A stretch of 47,543 nt of DNA from Methanobacteriaceae archaeon UBA587 (GCA_002504725.1 DATN01000007.1:1-47543), one strand, 5' to 3'; positions 1-12,076 are shown, numbered from the stretch's first letter. Numbers and translations: made by a program. Notes: a model not told the origin generated them from the sequence alone.

Positions 1-84
<84 letters not shown>

Positions 85-165
85 TAGAATAAGAAAAATA
101 ATCATTTTATCATAATTACAAAATTAGATTAGTATCCAATAACTATCACCTACATAAATCATCAT

Positions 166-242
<77 letters not shown>

Positions 243-515
243 TATCACTTTTTTACTGAAATTATTTTAAGTATTTTTTTTAGATATTAAATTTGAATAG
301 TACCTATCTATTATTTTAGAACTAATTTATTCCTAATATTCTCCATAATTTTCAATTTTGTGGTGTTGATTTTTGCTATCTTTCTTCAATTTTTTAATCA
401 AGAACAGAATTAATGAGAAAATTATTTATTAGCCCGGTTTCTTAAAATAAGGTTGATAATTAATCACATATTTCACGAAATTAACTATTTCACAAATTAA
501 ATTCGGGGATTTATT

Positions 516-818
516 ATGATTAAAATGGAAAGAACTTGTGGGTGTATGCGTAGCGACGTGATGCTCAATGGTAAGAAAATCGGGACCATGGAAGGGGTCT
601 ATTTAACGCAATGGTTTGTGAAAAACCGTTATCGTTATACTGGTACCTTCAGTCGCTATAACACTGAAGATCCCCAGCACAGGACACCTGGATTAACTGT
701 GGATATTGTTTTTCCAGATAAACATATAGTCATAAAAGAGGCATTTATTGAGTGGATCCGTGAGCCTGGGGGTAGCGGCACCTTTAATGCCAAGGGAATA
801 GAGAGTTATATGGTTTAA
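516..818 (+). CDS. hypothetical 100-aa protein with an N-terminal CGC motif
   Basis: ORF has a GGGGA Shine-Dalgarno 8 nt upstream of the ATG. I recognise no family. Confidence 0.4.
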   Translation: MIKMERTCGCMRSDVMLNGKKIGTMEGVYLTQWFVKNRYRYTGTFSRYNTEDPQHRTPGLTVDIVFPDKHIVIKEAFIEWIREPGGSGTFNAKGIESYMV

Positions 819-964
819 TTAAGTTTTTAAATAATTCCTATCCTCCTATCATGTATATTCTCAATAGCTTCTATTTTTTGTTTAAAATGATTCAATATTT
901 TATTTAATCAAGCAATCTATAGTAAATTATAATTATTCTCTGAAAACAAACTTTAACTGATTTT

Positions 965-1372
965 ATGGTAAAAAAAGGTTCAAAAGAAGAAAGAGATTTG
1001 GTGCGCATATTGTGGGAGAAAAATTTTGCCGCTATGCGGGCTCCTGCCTCAGGCGGAGCTACAAAAAAACCATTACCTGATGTTTTAGCAGGAAATGGGC
1101 ATATTTATCTGGCCATTGAGGTCAAAACAACCACCAAAGACCGGATATATATTGATTCGCAAAAAATCAGTGGGTTGCGGGAGTTTTCTGATATTTTTGG
1201 TGCACAGCCCTATGTGGGCATTAAATTCAAATATAAAAAATGGCTTTTTTTAGCCCCGGATGATTTGATAATGACTAAAAATGAGAATTATCGCCTTGAT
1301 AAAGATTTAGCTTTTGAAAAAGGGCTAGAATTAGATGAATTGCTGGGAAAGGATAAACAGATTAAGTTTTAA
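965..1372 (+). CDS. hjc: Holliday junction resolvase Hjc (archaeal)
   Basis: Motifs [24 protein letters not shown] and D...E.K ([16 protein letters not shown]). About 135 aa, typical for Hjc. Confidence 0.85.
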   Translation: MVKKGSKEERDLVRILWEKNFAAMRAPASGGATKKPLPDVLAGNGHIYLAIEVKTTTKDRIYIDSQKISGLREFSDIFGAQPYVGIKFKYKKWLFLAPDDLIMTKNENYRLDKDLAFEKGLELDELLGKDKQIKF

Positions 1373-1459
1373 TGAATTTTATCAGTTTTCTAATCCAAGT
1401 TTAGTATTATCTTTTTATTTAATCCAATAATGATTAATAGACTTTTTTGAGGATTTAAA

Positions 1460-2068
1460 ATGTTAACCACCAAAGAGGCCATGGAAAAAAGACGTAGCAT
1501 TCGTAAATTTAAAAGTGATCCGGTTTCACCATTAATTATCCAGGAATTACTTGAATCTGCCAGAATGGCTCCATCCGGTTGTAATGCTCAGCCATGGAGA
1601 TTTAAAATAGTGGAAGATAATGAAACAAAGGAAAAACTGGCTCAAACGGCATATAATCAGTCTTTTATCGCCCAGGCACCAGTTGTTATGGTGTGCTGTG
1701 CAGATATCTCTGATTATATTCAGGGAACTGTGTCTGGAGCTCAAGATCTGGGAAAAATAGGTGCTTTAGAGGATAGGATAGTGAAGATACTTTGTAACTC
1801 TGCTGAAGAACTAAAAGAACTCAGTGTGGAGGATATTGCTCCTCGCATAGCAGCCAATGTGGCCATTGCCATAGAACATATCGTTTTAAGGGCTCTGGAT
1901 TTCGATTTAGGGACCTGTTGGATTAGACTAATGGATGAAGAAAAAATTAGAAACATCTTTGGTTGGGATAAGAATATTTATGTGGTTGCTTTACTACCCA
2001 TTGGTTATCCAGATGAATCCCCTAACCCCCGTGGAAGACGGAGTATAGATGAAATTTTGCTGAAATAA
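1460..2068 (+). CDS. nitroreductase-family FMN oxidoreductase
   Basis: RRSIRKF...PSGCNAQPWRF nitroreductase signature. About 200 aa. Confidence 0.85.
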   Translation: MLTTKEAMEKRRSIRKFKSDPVSPLIIQELLESARMAPSGCNAQPWRFKIVEDNETKEKLAQTAYNQSFIAQAPVVMVCCADISDYIQGTVSGAQDLGKIGALEDRIVKILCNSAEELKELSVEDIAPRIAANVAIAIEHIVLRALDFDLGTCWIRLMDEEKIRNIFGWDKNIYVVALLPIGYPDESPNPRGRRSIDEILLK

Positions 2069-2106
2069 TCTTTTATAGCAAATTTAATAGATTAAGGGGC
2101 CTTAAT

Positions 2107-2949
2107 ATGGATAAATGTGAACAATTAAGAGAATTATTGGCTCATGAAAAGCCATTGATAATGCCTGATGCATATGATCCGTTGAGTGCTAAATTAATTG
2201 AAAAATCAGGTTTTAAAGCAGTGCAATGTTCGGGATACAGTTTTTCAATTTCCAATGTTCTTAAAAAAGAATCAGAAATATCTTTGGCGGAAAATATTAG
2301 TAAAACCGCGCGGATTGTAGAATCGGTGGATGTTCCAGTCATGGCTGATGGTGAAGATGGCTATGGGGATATGAGCTCAGTCAAAAATACGGTTTTATCT
2401 TTTATGGATGTGGGGGTGGCAGGAATTAATTTGGAGGATCAGGTATTGCACGGCGTGGATAATAGTCCGCTTTGCCAGGTGATTGATTCAAATATCATGC
2501 AGGAGAAAATAGCCTCTGCCCGTGATGTTGCTGACAAGATAAATTCTAATTTTATCATTAATGGCCGCACTGATGCATTACGATCAACTGAAAATAGGGT
2601 GGAAGGTCTTAATATAGCTATTAAACGAGTAAATTCTTATCTGGATTCGGGTGCTGACTTAGCTTTCATAACCTATGTAGAAACACTGGAAGAAGTCAAA
2701 ACTATAATTAAAAAAGTTAAAGGTCCGGTAACCATTGCGGCAGGTCTTTCTTATAATATTGATTCATTTTCAGTGGCAGATTTAAGAAAGTGTGGTGTGG
2801 CTCGTGTCAGCTGGCCTACAATTATGTTGTTTTCCGCAATGAAATCCATGGAATCTACCTTGGAATTGTTGAAAGAAGATAAAATAAAAGGAAATGGAGA
2901 TAAAATGAGTTATTCTCCAGAAAATTTGAAAAAATTATTTGAATTATGA
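2107..2949 (+). CDS. isocitrate lyase/PEP mutase family protein (methylisocitrate lyase / carboxyvinyl-carboxyphosphonate phosphorylmutase-like)
   Basis: PDAYDPLSAKL...ADGEDGYG...GINLEDQ pattern of the ICL/PEPM superfamily. Confidence 0.75.
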   Translation: MDKCEQLRELLAHEKPLIMPDAYDPLSAKLIEKSGFKAVQCSGYSFSISNVLKKESEISLAENISKTARIVESVDVPVMADGEDGYGDMSSVKNTVLSFMDVGVAGINLEDQVLHGVDNSPLCQVIDSNIMQEKIASARDVADKINSNFIINGRTDALRSTENRVEGLNIAIKRVNSYLDSGADLAFITYVETLEEVKTIIKKVKGPVTIAAGLSYNIDSFSVADLRKCGVARVSWPTIMLFSAMKSMESTLELLKEDKIKGNGDKMSYSPENLKKLFEL

Positions 2950-3198
2950 AGTTTTAGCTGTATAACCTGCTCGGATAAGAGATAAAATCACCAGGATGTA
3001 GGCTAAACTTCTTATTACTATTAATGCTGTTAAAGATGATTCATATCCCATGAGAACCGCTAAATGCGCAATACCGAATAGTCCAAATGCTGCACCTATA
3101 TATAGTTTGGTAGGATTCTTGGTTTTGTTATAAGCCCAGATAGACAGGATTACAATTATTATACAGAAAATTAAGTTGGCTATTAACACTGGATCCAT
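2944..3198 (-). CDS. small hydrophobic membrane protein (84 aa)
   Basis: Two to three predicted TM helices. Strong AGGAGGGT RBS 5 nt upstream of the ATG on the minus strand. Confidence 0.55.
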   Translation of the reverse strand: MDPVLIANLIFCIIIVILSIWAYNKTKNPTKLYIGAAFGLFGIAHLAVLMGYESSLTALIVIRSLAYILVILSLIRAGYTAKTS

Positions 3199-3344
3199 TT
3201 TTACCCTCCTAAAATTATAATATGTTCTATTTTATGGTCATTTGGATATAATAATTTTATCATTTAATCTGCATAACTATCAGGATGAAACTGATTTTCT
3301 CCGTAAGGTTTAAATACCTAATCCATCTACTGTTAATCTACTGT

Positions 3345-3417
<73 letters not shown>

Positions 3418-3461
3418 CATAGTTTTACTAAAAATTGGTTTCCCATGGAAACAAATCTTTA

Positions 3462-3608
<147 letters not shown>

Positions 3609-3825
3609 CTTATTTTACTATTTTTCTAAAAAATCTTTTCTAAATTATCCCGTTTTTGACAATCTGCTGAATAATAAATAGTCAATTCTATGGAATCAGT
3701 TTAAACAGAAATTATGATCTATTTAAAACTAAAACATATAATAATTGTAAACAAATTTTAAATATAATTTAATTAATTCAGAAATTCTAGACTTTTAAAA
3801 TCTTATAATACTAATATAACATCAT

Positions 3826-4458
3826 ATGGTGAAAAAAATGGAAAAAATAAATGATGTAGTGTTTATAGAGGGTTTAGGTTACGATTCTAATATTTATCTG
3901 ATTGGGGATGTGATAGTGGACACCGGAACCGGTATGAACCAGGATTATGTTTTTTCTGAGATAAAAAAAGCAGGCATGGATCCTGCTGAGATATCCCATA
4001 TTGTCAACACCCATTGCCACTTTGACCATGTGGGTGGAAATCCACTTTTTGAGGCAGATATATCTATTCATGCTCTAGATGCTCCGGCACTGGAAAATGC
4101 TGATTCAAATGCTATTTTAGGGGCCATGTTTGGCAAATCACCAACTCCCATGGAGGTGAAAACCAAACTCCAGGAAGGGGATAAGGTGGCCGGTTTTGAA
4201 GTTATCCACACCCCCGGGCATACTGTGGGTGGGATATGTCTTTGGGATGGTGAAACGCTTATTTCGGGGGATACTGTTTTTGCTAATGGTGGTTTTGGCC
4301 GCATGGATTTAGGGGGCAGTCCCTCTGACATGATGCGGTCTCTGGAAAAATTAAATGGCCTGGATGTGGAGTATCTTTTGCCAGGTCATGGGCCCTGGGT
4401 AGAAAATGGTAGGCAACATATACGGTGGGCTTACGAGATGCTCAGGGGAATGGGTTAA
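3826..4458 (+). CDS. MBL-fold metallo-hydrolase
   Basis: HCHFDHVGG metal-binding motif, plus downstream H and D ligands. Confidence 0.85.
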   Translation: MVKKMEKINDVVFIEGLGYDSNIYLIGDVIVDTGTGMNQDYVFSEIKKAGMDPAEISHIVNTHCHFDHVGGNPLFEADISIHALDAPALENADSNAILGAMFGKSPTPMEVKTKLQEGDKVAGFEVIHTPGHTVGGICLWDGETLISGDTVFANGGFGRMDLGGSPSDMMRSLEKLNGLDVEYLLPGHGPWVENGRQHIRWAYEMLRGMG

Positions 4459-4539
4459 GGAAAAATAATTGATGGGAGCATTGATTATTTATACTGGTTC
4501 TCTGCTAACCATCCATTTAATCAATCAATTTTTTAATTA

Positions 4540-5490
4540 TTATGGGGTGTCCACATAGACGGTCAAATCACGTGGTGTATAACCACGACCTAAAAAGTCG
4601 AAGTAGGTTATCTTCCATTTATCACCTCTATACTGGGCATCCACACAGGTATAGAATGACTCCCAGCGGAACTCCTGCACTTCGCTCAGTTTATCTGCAT
4701 GGGCAATAGCCGTCAAACCTGATTGATAACTCCCATTTCTGATTTTAATGGCGTTGTATTGTCCCTGAAATGATTTTTTTCCATTAAGGCTGTTGTATTC
4801 ATATAGTTGGTACTGGCCATGGGCCGGATCCACGAGAACCACTGCCCAGATAAAAACATCTTCTGTAGGATAGGTCTGTATATGGGTAAAGTCACCACTC
4901 AGACTATTCGCCATGGCATCCATGGTATTTACTTTCTCGTAAATGCGAATTCCTCCTACAAACACCAACATAACCACAAACAGGATCATGGCGATTTTCT
5001 TGTATTTTTCATCTATGTGGAGATAGATGATGAAAATTACCAGAAGGGCTATAATGGCGGTGAATACATCAATATAATTGAAGATATAAGCACTGTATTT
5101 GGTTAAGGAAAACGGATAAAACAGGGGAATGCCTCCGGTGGTGAGATAATCCAATAATAAGTGGATTAACACTCCAAAATAAGCCAATAGAATAGTTTTT
5201 CCGGTGAATTTAAGGTTTATATCCCTATTAATTTTGTTTCCAATCCATTCCTGGACCTTTGGTCTGGTCAAAATATATAAAAAGATAACGGCTGTTACAA
5301 ATCCAAATACAAAGGAATGGGTGATGCCCCGGTGGCTGAAAATAAATAATTCGGGAATTAAGAAACCCACTCCGGCTATAAAGAAGTCAAAATCAATGGA
5401 TATGCCACCCCAACCACCAGCTAACTTGTCTTTAACTTTGGCAAAGTACAGGATGATGAAGGGGACTAGGAAGTGGGTGAATAAATCCAT
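4540..5490 (-). CDS. membrane-bound metal-dependent hydrolase (DUF457/YdjM-like) with extra C-terminal soluble domain
   Basis: N-terminal TM segments with HRGITHS and LIHLLLDYLTTGGIPLFYPFS motifs. Similar to the paralogue at 21490. About 150 extra C-terminal residues. Confidence 0.65.
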   Translation of the reverse strand: MDLFTHFLVPFIILYFAKVKDKLAGGWGGISIDFDFFIAGVGFLIPELFIFSHRGITHSFVFGFVTAVIFLYILTRPKVQEWIGNKINRDINLKFTGKTILLAYFGVLIHLLLDYLTTGGIPLFYPFSLTKYSAYIFNYIDVFTAIIALLVIFIIYLHIDEKYKKIAMILFVVMLVFVGGIRIYEKVNTMDAMANSLSGDFTHIQTYPTEDVFIWAVVLVDPAHGQYQLYEYNSLNGKKSFQGQYNAIKIRNGSYQSGLTAIAHADKLSEVQEFRWESFYTCVDAQYRGDKWKITYFDFLGRGYTPRDLTVYVDTP

Positions 5491-5615
5491 AAACTAACTT
5501 GAATTTATTCATTAAAAACATTTCTAAATTTTGGCAGATGTAAGAGTAAAAATAAGAGTCATTGACTAAAAAAGAGATTGATTTATTTGGTGAAAAGATT
5601 ATTTTTTGTTAAAGA

Positions 5616-6266
5616 TTATTTGGTGAAAAGGTTAGTAACCTGTTTAACGGCCTCTATTTTCACCAGCACGGAAACCTTGTTGCCTTTCTCTAAAACCATA
5701 TCTGGTTTAGGAATGATTATATCTCCGTTACGGTAAAGGGCAATGATAATATAGTTTTCTGTGGGGCTGAGGTCTGCCACTCTTTTGCCGATGGTTTTCT
5801 TATTCTCAACGGTCATATCAAGTATTTCAGCGTTTCCCTGACCCAGCACAATTAAATCAGCCACTTTAGGTCTGGTGATCAATTTTTCCAGATAACCTGC
5901 TGCAGTCCTCTCAGGGCTGATAACTGCGTCAATACCTACCTTACGGAAGGCCTCTTCGTGGTCGGGATTGCTTACCCGGGCAATAATTTTAGGGACATCA
6001 TAATCCCTTACCAGAATGCAGGATAACAGGTTAGCTTCGTCGTATCCGGTGGCGGCCACAAAAACATGGGCATTTTTAATATTGGCTTCTTCTAATGTTT
6101 TGGTGTCAGTTCCATTTCCGCAGATGATGAGGGCATCTAATTCCGCGGCAGTTTCATTACATAAAGAATCATCACTTTCAATGATGGTTACATCGTGACC
6201 ATCAGCTATTAAGAGGTGGGCCAGGTTAAATCCAACTCTACCACTGCCCATTATAACTACATACAT
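5616..6266 (-). CDS. trkA: Trk potassium uptake system NAD-binding subunit TrkA
   Basis: [12 protein letters not shown] Rossmann motif (TrkA-N) and a C-terminal TrkA-C domain. The ATG at 6266 is preferred over the GTG at 6275. Confidence 0.85.
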   Translation of the reverse strand: MYVVIMGSGRVGFNLAHLLIADGHDVTIIESDDSLCNETAAELDALIICGNGTDTKTLEEANIKNAHVFVAATGYDEANLLSCILVRDYDVPKIIARVSNPDHEEAFRKVGIDAVISPERTAAGYLEKLITRPKVADLIVLGQGNAEILDMTVENKKTIGKRVADLSPTENYIIIALYRNGDIIIPKPDMVLEKGNKVSVLVKIEAVKQVTNLFTK

Positions 6267-6437
6267 GATATGCACCTTTAATTAAACAAATTAAATATTA
6301 TGATAGTAATGAATTTGAAATATCATTAAATAATCATTTATAAAATATCATTTATCTTTATCAATTAATTAGTCTTGATTTCAATTAGAGAAGTTCATTC
6401 TTTGATTATTCCCCTTAATAAGCTTTTTCTCAAATAG

Positions 6438-7868
6438 TTATTTCACTTTAAAAAGCTCTATTCCTCCTCTTAAGAGAACTAATACAGGTATTATTTCTAA
6501 ACGACCTATCCACATGCTGAAAATCATCACTATCTCTGCCAGATCCGGCATAGTGGGTGAAACTATCCCCATGCTGAGTCCCACATTTCCCTGGGCAGAG
6601 GCCATCTCGAAAAATGAATTTAATGGATCATAACCATAAATGCTCAGAACTATCCATCCAAATAAAAGGAAAGTTATATAGAGGGCTGTGTAAGCTCCTG
6701 CTTCTCTAATTTCCACATCAGTCACGGTTTTTCCGGAAATTTTTCGGGGTATCACTGATCCTTCTGGAGCTAAAATCTTCATAATTTCCCAGTAAATCCC
6801 TTTAAGGAATGTGACTACTCGGATAAGTTTTATGGCACCGGTGGTAGAACCAGCAGCCATTCCCATAATCATACAGGTTACAATTAATATTTTGACATAG
6901 GCGGGCCAGACTAACATGGCTGTGAGTGGTTGGGTATTTGATCCCGTACAGCTAAGGGCAGAAACAACATTAAAAATACTGTCCAGTGGCGCGATTTTAC
7001 CACTTAAGAAAACAAAGATAGAAAATAAGGCTATAATAATTACGGTGGCTTGAAATTGGATATCCTTTAAAACAAATTTTAAATTACCCTTTAAAGCACG
7101 GTAATGCACCAGAAAACTGGTACCTCCCACAATCATGAGGAATATGGTGATTATATAAATTATGTCACTTCCATATGCCCCTATATTCGCATTCTTAATG
7201 GACATACCTCCGGTGGAGAGGTTGGTCATGGTATTGTTAACTGCATCAAAAAGGGACATTCCCGCCAGTCCATAGAGTACTATGCCCAGCAGGGTATAGA
7301 ATAGGTAGATCCACCAGATAGTTTTCACAGTGTTGGGGATACTGGGTTTTATCCGCTCTTCCCGAGCCTCTGATTTGTAGAGTCGTGAAGCTGCCGTACC
7401 GGGACGTATCAGAATCCCAATAACCACAATAACTACTCCTAATCCTCCAATCCATTGTTCCATACTTCTTAAAAAGAGTATGGATTTGGGTAAAATCTCC
7501 ACATCCAAAAATATGGTAAGTCCACTGCCGGTCCAGGCAGACATGTTTTCAAAATAAGCATTAATAAAATCGATGTTGAGGTTCAGCATCATGATGAAGC
7601 TGCCAATGAGTGCGGCCCATAACCAGGCCAGGCAAGCAATCATCATCCCATGTTTAAGGCGTAATGGATTTCCAGGGGGCATTGTGCGGCGAATGATGCC
7701 ACCTATGATAAGTGAAATGGCAGCGGGGATTATAAAGCTCAGATAATTACTTTCACCGTATATCAGGGCCACGATAAGGGGTAAAAGGACAACTACTCCA
7801 ATACCTTGCATTATACTTCCTAAATACTCTGAGACAGTATAGATGTCTCTTTTACCTACATACTTCAT
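6438..7868 (-). CDS. trkH: Trk/Ktr potassium transporter membrane subunit TrkH
   Basis: 476-aa polytopic membrane protein with repeated GxG pore-like segments. Lies immediately upstream of trkA on the same strand. Confidence 0.85.
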   Translation of the reverse strand: MKYVGKRDIYTVSEYLGSIMQGIGVVVLLPLIVALIYGESNYLSFIIPAAISLIIGGIIRRTMPPGNPLRLKHGMMIACLAWLWAALIGSFIMMLNLNIDFINAYFENMSAWTGSGLTIFLDVEILPKSILFLRSMEQWIGGLGVVIVVIGILIRPGTAASRLYKSEAREERIKPSIPNTVKTIWWIYLFYTLLGIVLYGLAGMSLFDAVNNTMTNLSTGGMSIKNANIGAYGSDIIYIITIFLMIVGGTSFLVHYRALKGNLKFVLKDIQFQATVIIIALFSIFVFLSGKIAPLDSIFNVVSALSCTGSNTQPLTAMLVWPAYVKILIVTCMIMGMAAGSTTGAIKLIRVVTFLKGIYWEIMKILAPEGSVIPRKISGKTVTDVEIREAGAYTALYITFLLFGWIVLSIYGYDPLNSFFEMASAQGNVGLSMGIVSPTMPDLAEIVMIFSMWIGRLEIIPVLVLLRGGIELFKVK

Positions 7869-8100
7869 TATATCTTATTAGAGATTTTCCCTACAATATA
7901 TAAATCTTGCCTTAAATTTATAGAAAATTATTTAAAATAAATTAAAACTATTTAAAACCTATTTTAAACGCTTTATTGATTTTTTACTAAATTATAAATC
8001 ACTAAAAATAAAATAAAATAATAATAAAAGATATTTAACTAAATAGGCTAAAAATTTATAGTTTTGAAGTTAATATATTTTAAAACTATAATTTTTAACA

Positions 8101-8892
8101 CTATTTGGATTTTTTATTTTCTTCCATACTGCCCAGTTCTGATCCCAGGAAATCTTTTATATCCCGGATGCTGTTTAGTAGCTGGGCCGGGAATACAATG
8201 GTGGAATTCTTCTCAGCGGCGATGTTACTAAGAACCTGCATGATTCGCAGCTGTAGAGCCACCGGGTGTTCGGTGATAATATCTGCTGCTTCTCCCAGTT
8301 TACCGGCAGCCAAATATTCTCCTTCAGCAGAAATAATCTTAGCCCTTTTCTCCCTTTCAGCCTCTGCTTGTAGTGCAATGGCTCGCTGCATGCTTTCTGG
8401 CAGTTTAATGTCTTTGATTTCTACTGTGGTAACCTTTATGCCCCATGGTTCGCTGTGTCCATCAATAATTTCCTGGATTCTCTGATTTACTTTGGGGGTA
8501 TCTGATAAAACCTCATCCAGGGTAAACTGACCCACCACACTCCTTACTGTGGTCTGGGATATCTGGTTGACTGCTCGGTTGTAGTTCTCAATCTCCACCA
8601 CAGCTTTATAGGCATCCACCACCTTGAAATAGGCCACCGCCGCCACATCAATGGTCACATTGTCTTGTGTGATGATTTTTTGGGCGGGAATGGGCATGGT
8701 GACGATTCTAAGAGATGGTTTGACCATCCTATCTACCAGGGGGATGATAATACGTAACCCCGGTTCTCTAACCCCTATTACTCTTCCCAGTCGGAAAACA
8801 ACTCCTCTTTCATACTGGTTGACTATTCTGATGGACAATGCCAGAATTATCAACAAAAAAAGAACTATTATTCCAATGGTAAACCAATCCAT
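8101..8892 (-). CDS. SPFH/band-7 (stomatin/prohibitin-like) membrane protein
   Basis: N-terminal TM helix, then [11 protein letters not shown] and the IPAQ...TKDNV pattern. Coiled-coil [10 protein letters not shown]. Confidence 0.85.
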   Translation of the reverse strand: MDWFTIGIIVLFLLIILALSIRIVNQYERGVVFRLGRVIGVREPGLRIIIPLVDRMVKPSLRIVTMPIPAQKIITQDNVTIDVAAVAYFKVVDAYKAVVEIENYNRAVNQISQTTVRSVVGQFTLDEVLSDTPKVNQRIQEIIDGHSEPWGIKVTTVEIKDIKLPESMQRAIALQAEAEREKRAKIISAEGEYLAAGKLGEAADIITEHPVALQLRIMQVLSNIAAEKNSTIVFPAQLLNSIRDIKDFLGSELGSMEENKKSK

Positions 8893-9224
8893 AATTTAAC
8901 CTCCAAAACTCCTTTTCAACTCAAAATAGTTAGTTTATTTCAGTAGTTAGTTTATTATTTGGAGTTGGAAGTTAATCAATTTTCAGTTATACTCAGAAAA
9001 TAATCAGATGGTAAAAATAATTAATTAACTATTCTGAGGATTATGGACAAAAATCAAGAATAAAGTTATATCTTGAAATAATAAAACTAAAAAAGCTTAT
9101 TATAACGTAATAAATTTAAAATAAAGTAATATTAGGGTAAGTAAATATTAGGGTAGATTTAAAATCAAAAAGAAAAATAAATTCGAGAAAAATCAATAGT
9201 GATTTTCCACAGAATTTAAGGTAT

Positions 9225-9452
9225 TTATTCGACTATTTCAGCGAAAGCAAATTTTGGTCGGACAGCGTTAATTTTTATTTTAACTTCGTCTCCGACACCA
9301 GCACCAGCAACAAAGATCACAAATCCTTCTACTCTTGCGATTCCGTCGCCATCTCGGCCTAAATCTTCAATTTTCACATCGTATTCGTCGCCCACGTTGA
9401 GTGGGGAAGTGTAATTACTTCTTCTGTTGTAGTCGTTTTCAAACAAACTCAT
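9225..9452 (-). CDS. TRAM-domain small protein (paralogue 1)
   Basis: [29 protein letters not shown]...[14 protein letters not shown] signature. About 75 aa. Confidence 0.75.
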   Translation of the reverse strand: MSLFENDYNRRSNYTSPLNVGDEYDVKIEDLGRDGDGIARVEGFVIFVAGAGVGDEVKIKINAVRPKFAFAEIVE

Positions 9453-9504
9453 CACATCCTAATTGTAAGCATGAAATTCGTAAATATTAATAATAATTAA
9501 ATAT

Positions 9505-9744
9505 CTATTGTACTATTTCTGCAAATCCAAATTTCCTTCGGGTAGCGTTAATTTTTATTTTAACTTCGTCCCCCACGCTAGCGCCAGGTACAAATATCAC
9601 AAAACCGTCTACACGAGCGATTCCGTCGCCGTCTCGGCCTGCGTCTTCAATTTTTACATCGTATTCGTCGCCCACATTCACTGGAGCGTCGTTTTCTCTT
9701 CTATTGTAATCACTTTCAAACAATTCATCACATCCTGAAGTCAA
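9505..9744 (-). CDS. TRAM-domain small protein (paralogue 2)
   Basis: About 75% identical to the adjacent gene. Non-ATG (TTG) start, so the 5' end is uncertain. Confidence 0.7.
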   Translation of the reverse strand: MTSGCDELFESDYNRRENDAPVNVGDEYDVKIEDAGRDGDGIARVDGFVIFVPGASVGDEVKIKINATRRKFGFAEIVQ

Positions 9745-10196
9745 AATGACGTATATTCTGGGAACATTGTGCCATATTAACTCGCATAATGTACTAAAAA
9801 TATCACAAAATCAATTCAAACAAAAGTAGTATACTTAAATCAAAAAAAGTAGTCTTACCCGTAAGAAATATCATTATGAATATTAATGCACATTGAATTT
9901 ACCTTAATTTTTATAATATATAAATGTATGCAATCTTTTTTATTATCTTAATTTTAAGGTGGAATGGCTTTTATTAACATTTTTAGATTAACTTTGAATT
10001 TTAAAAGAATAAAATAACTCCGTAAATCCTTTAAATTATATTGAAAGTTATATTATGCTTTAAATAATCTAAAATTAAACAATAGGTGTTATTTATCCAT
10101 AAAATCATTAGAATATTTATTTGCAATAAACAGTTAATTCCTACTAGGGGCCTGTTAACTCAATTATATTAATCATTAATCAGATAAATTAATGAT

Positions 10197-10679
10197 ATGA
10201 TTGGAATCATGTCCGATTCTCATGATCATCTACCTGCCATTCGCCAGGCAGTTGATTTTTTTAATGAGGAAAAAGTGGATCTGGTAATTCACGCCGGTGA
10301 TTTGATATCCCCTTTCACAGCACGTGAATTCAATAGATTAGAAGCTCAGTTCCAGGCGGTTTTTGGTAATAATGATGGGGAACGAGAGGGTCTTAAGTCT
10401 GCCTACGCAGAATTATGTGAATTAGATGATTTTAAAGCTTTTAATGTGGCTGAACGAAAAATAGCAGTGATACATGGTCACCAGGAAACTTTGGTTGATT
10501 CTCTGATGGCGAGTGCTTATTACGATGTTCTGATAAGGGGACATACTCATCAGTTAGAAATAAATACTGGGAGAACAATTACCATTAATCCCGGAGAAAC
10601 TTGCGGCTATTTGTCTGGCAAAAAAACTCTGGTTTTATTAGATCCCCTGGATTTATGCTATGAGATTGTAGAATTATAA
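10197..10679 (+). CDS. metallophosphoesterase, MJ0936/YfcE family
   Basis: MSDSHD...GDLISP...GNNDG...GHTH calcineurin-like motifs. Confidence 0.85.
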   Translation: MIGIMSDSHDHLPAIRQAVDFFNEEKVDLVIHAGDLISPFTAREFNRLEAQFQAVFGNNDGEREGLKSAYAELCELDDFKAFNVAERKIAVIHGHQETLVDSLMASAYYDVLIRGHTHQLEINTGRTITINPGETCGYLSGKKTLVLLDPLDLCYEIVEL

Positions 10680-10810
10680 TTTAATTATAGATATTACTTA
10701 TTTATTGATTTACTCGTATTTAATCGATTATTACTTTATTTATAATATGCTATGCTTTAATTAACTAATCTTGCATTATTGGAGAAATCTAAAAAGAATC
10801 AAGAAATTGA

Positions 10811-11842
10811 ATGGGAAAATGTACTATGAAAAATAAAACTTTAGTCCTCATGGTTATTGGTTTAGGGGTCCTGGCGGTCATGATACTATTCATTGGTCCT
10901 GGAAAAATCCTGGTTGCCTTTGAACACGCAAATCTGTGGTACGTGGCATTAGCAATCTTACTTCAACTGGTTATCTATGGATTATGGACCTTGAGATGGT
11001 CCATAACCACGGAATCAGTGGGAATACAAGTAAAAAAAAGACATCTTTTTCCCATGCTCATGGTGGGTTTGGCCATAAATAATCTCACTCCCAGTGCCCG
11101 TGGTGGAGGAGAACCCCTCCGGGCATATTTACTGGGTAAATATTCCAAAAGTTCCATGGAATCTGCCTTTGCCACTGTTATAGCTGATAGAGGTCTTGAT
11201 ACGGTTCCCTTCATATTTTTAGCCATCTTAACCATTTCCGCCATGGTATTATATATGGATCTACCCTCATGGATAGTTTATGCCTTAATAATGGCTGTAA
11301 TTTTAATATTGGTTCTATTTACCACGGTATTTTACATGTCAGTAAATAAGGTGGCTGGTGAAAAAATTACGGGCTGGTTTTTAAACCTTGTAAAACGTTT
11401 TTATAAAAAGAACCCGGATAAGCTAGAAAAAAGAGCCATGGAAGCGATTCATGAGTTTCAGCTTACCATGAAAGTAATGCTAAAAGACAGGAGAGTGATG
11501 TTATATGGTTTACCCCTGTCCTTTTTATTATGGTTCCTGGAAATAATGCGGGTTTATCTTATATTTTCTGCATTTGGCACCAGTGTTTCTTTAATTGTCA
11601 TAGCCGAAGTTTTTATTTTAGCCACACTGATTGGGATGATTCCTCTCCTTCCTGGAGGGTTAGGGGCAGTAGACGGGGTCATGATAGTGTTTTATTCTGC
11701 GGCAGGAATACCTCTCTCCATAAGTGCTGCGGCTACAGTATTAGAACGTCTAATATCCTTCTGGATGACATCTATAATTGGTTTGCTACTTCTGCCTTAC
11801 TTTGGATCCAGTGCGGTTGAAAAAATTTCGAAGAAGATATAA
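10811..11842 (+). CDS. UPF0104/LPG-synthase-TM-like flippase-like membrane protein
   Basis: Multi-TM protein with a LLPGGLGAVDG motif characteristic of the family. Confidence 0.65.
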   Translation: MGKCTMKNKTLVLMVIGLGVLAVMILFIGPGKILVAFEHANLWYVALAILLQLVIYGLWTLRWSITTESVGIQVKKRHLFPMLMVGLAINNLTPSARGGGEPLRAYLLGKYSKSSMESAFATVIADRGLDTVPFIFLAILTISAMVLYMDLPSWIVYALIMAVILILVLFTTVFYMSVNKVAGEKITGWFLNLVKRFYKKNPDKLEKRAMEAIHEFQLTMKVMLKDRRVMLYGLPLSFLLWFLEIMRVYLIFSAFGTSVSLIVIAEVFILATLIGMIPLLPGGLGAVDGVMIVFYSAAGIPLSISAAATVLERLISFWMTSIIGLLLLPYFGSSAVEKISKKI

Positions 11843-12076
11843 CGTAGATGTAACATAATACTAATCGATAAAATTTTCTTGATTACTTATAAATATAATC
11901 AGCAAATTATTGGATATTAAATAGATAAGTGATCTATTCTGATAATCTAATGCTCTAATAGACATGATTAGTTTATAATATTCTATTTCAAAATAGGAAT
12001 TGCTGGATTAAACCGGCCCCTTTCTTTAGGGAATTACTTTATTGAATTGAATTTAATTATTATTTGGTGAATAAAT

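Noticed and set aside
1547-1956. Two minus-strand ORFs inside the nitroreductase gene
   Set aside because: Antisense to a gene with diagnostic nitroreductase motifs.
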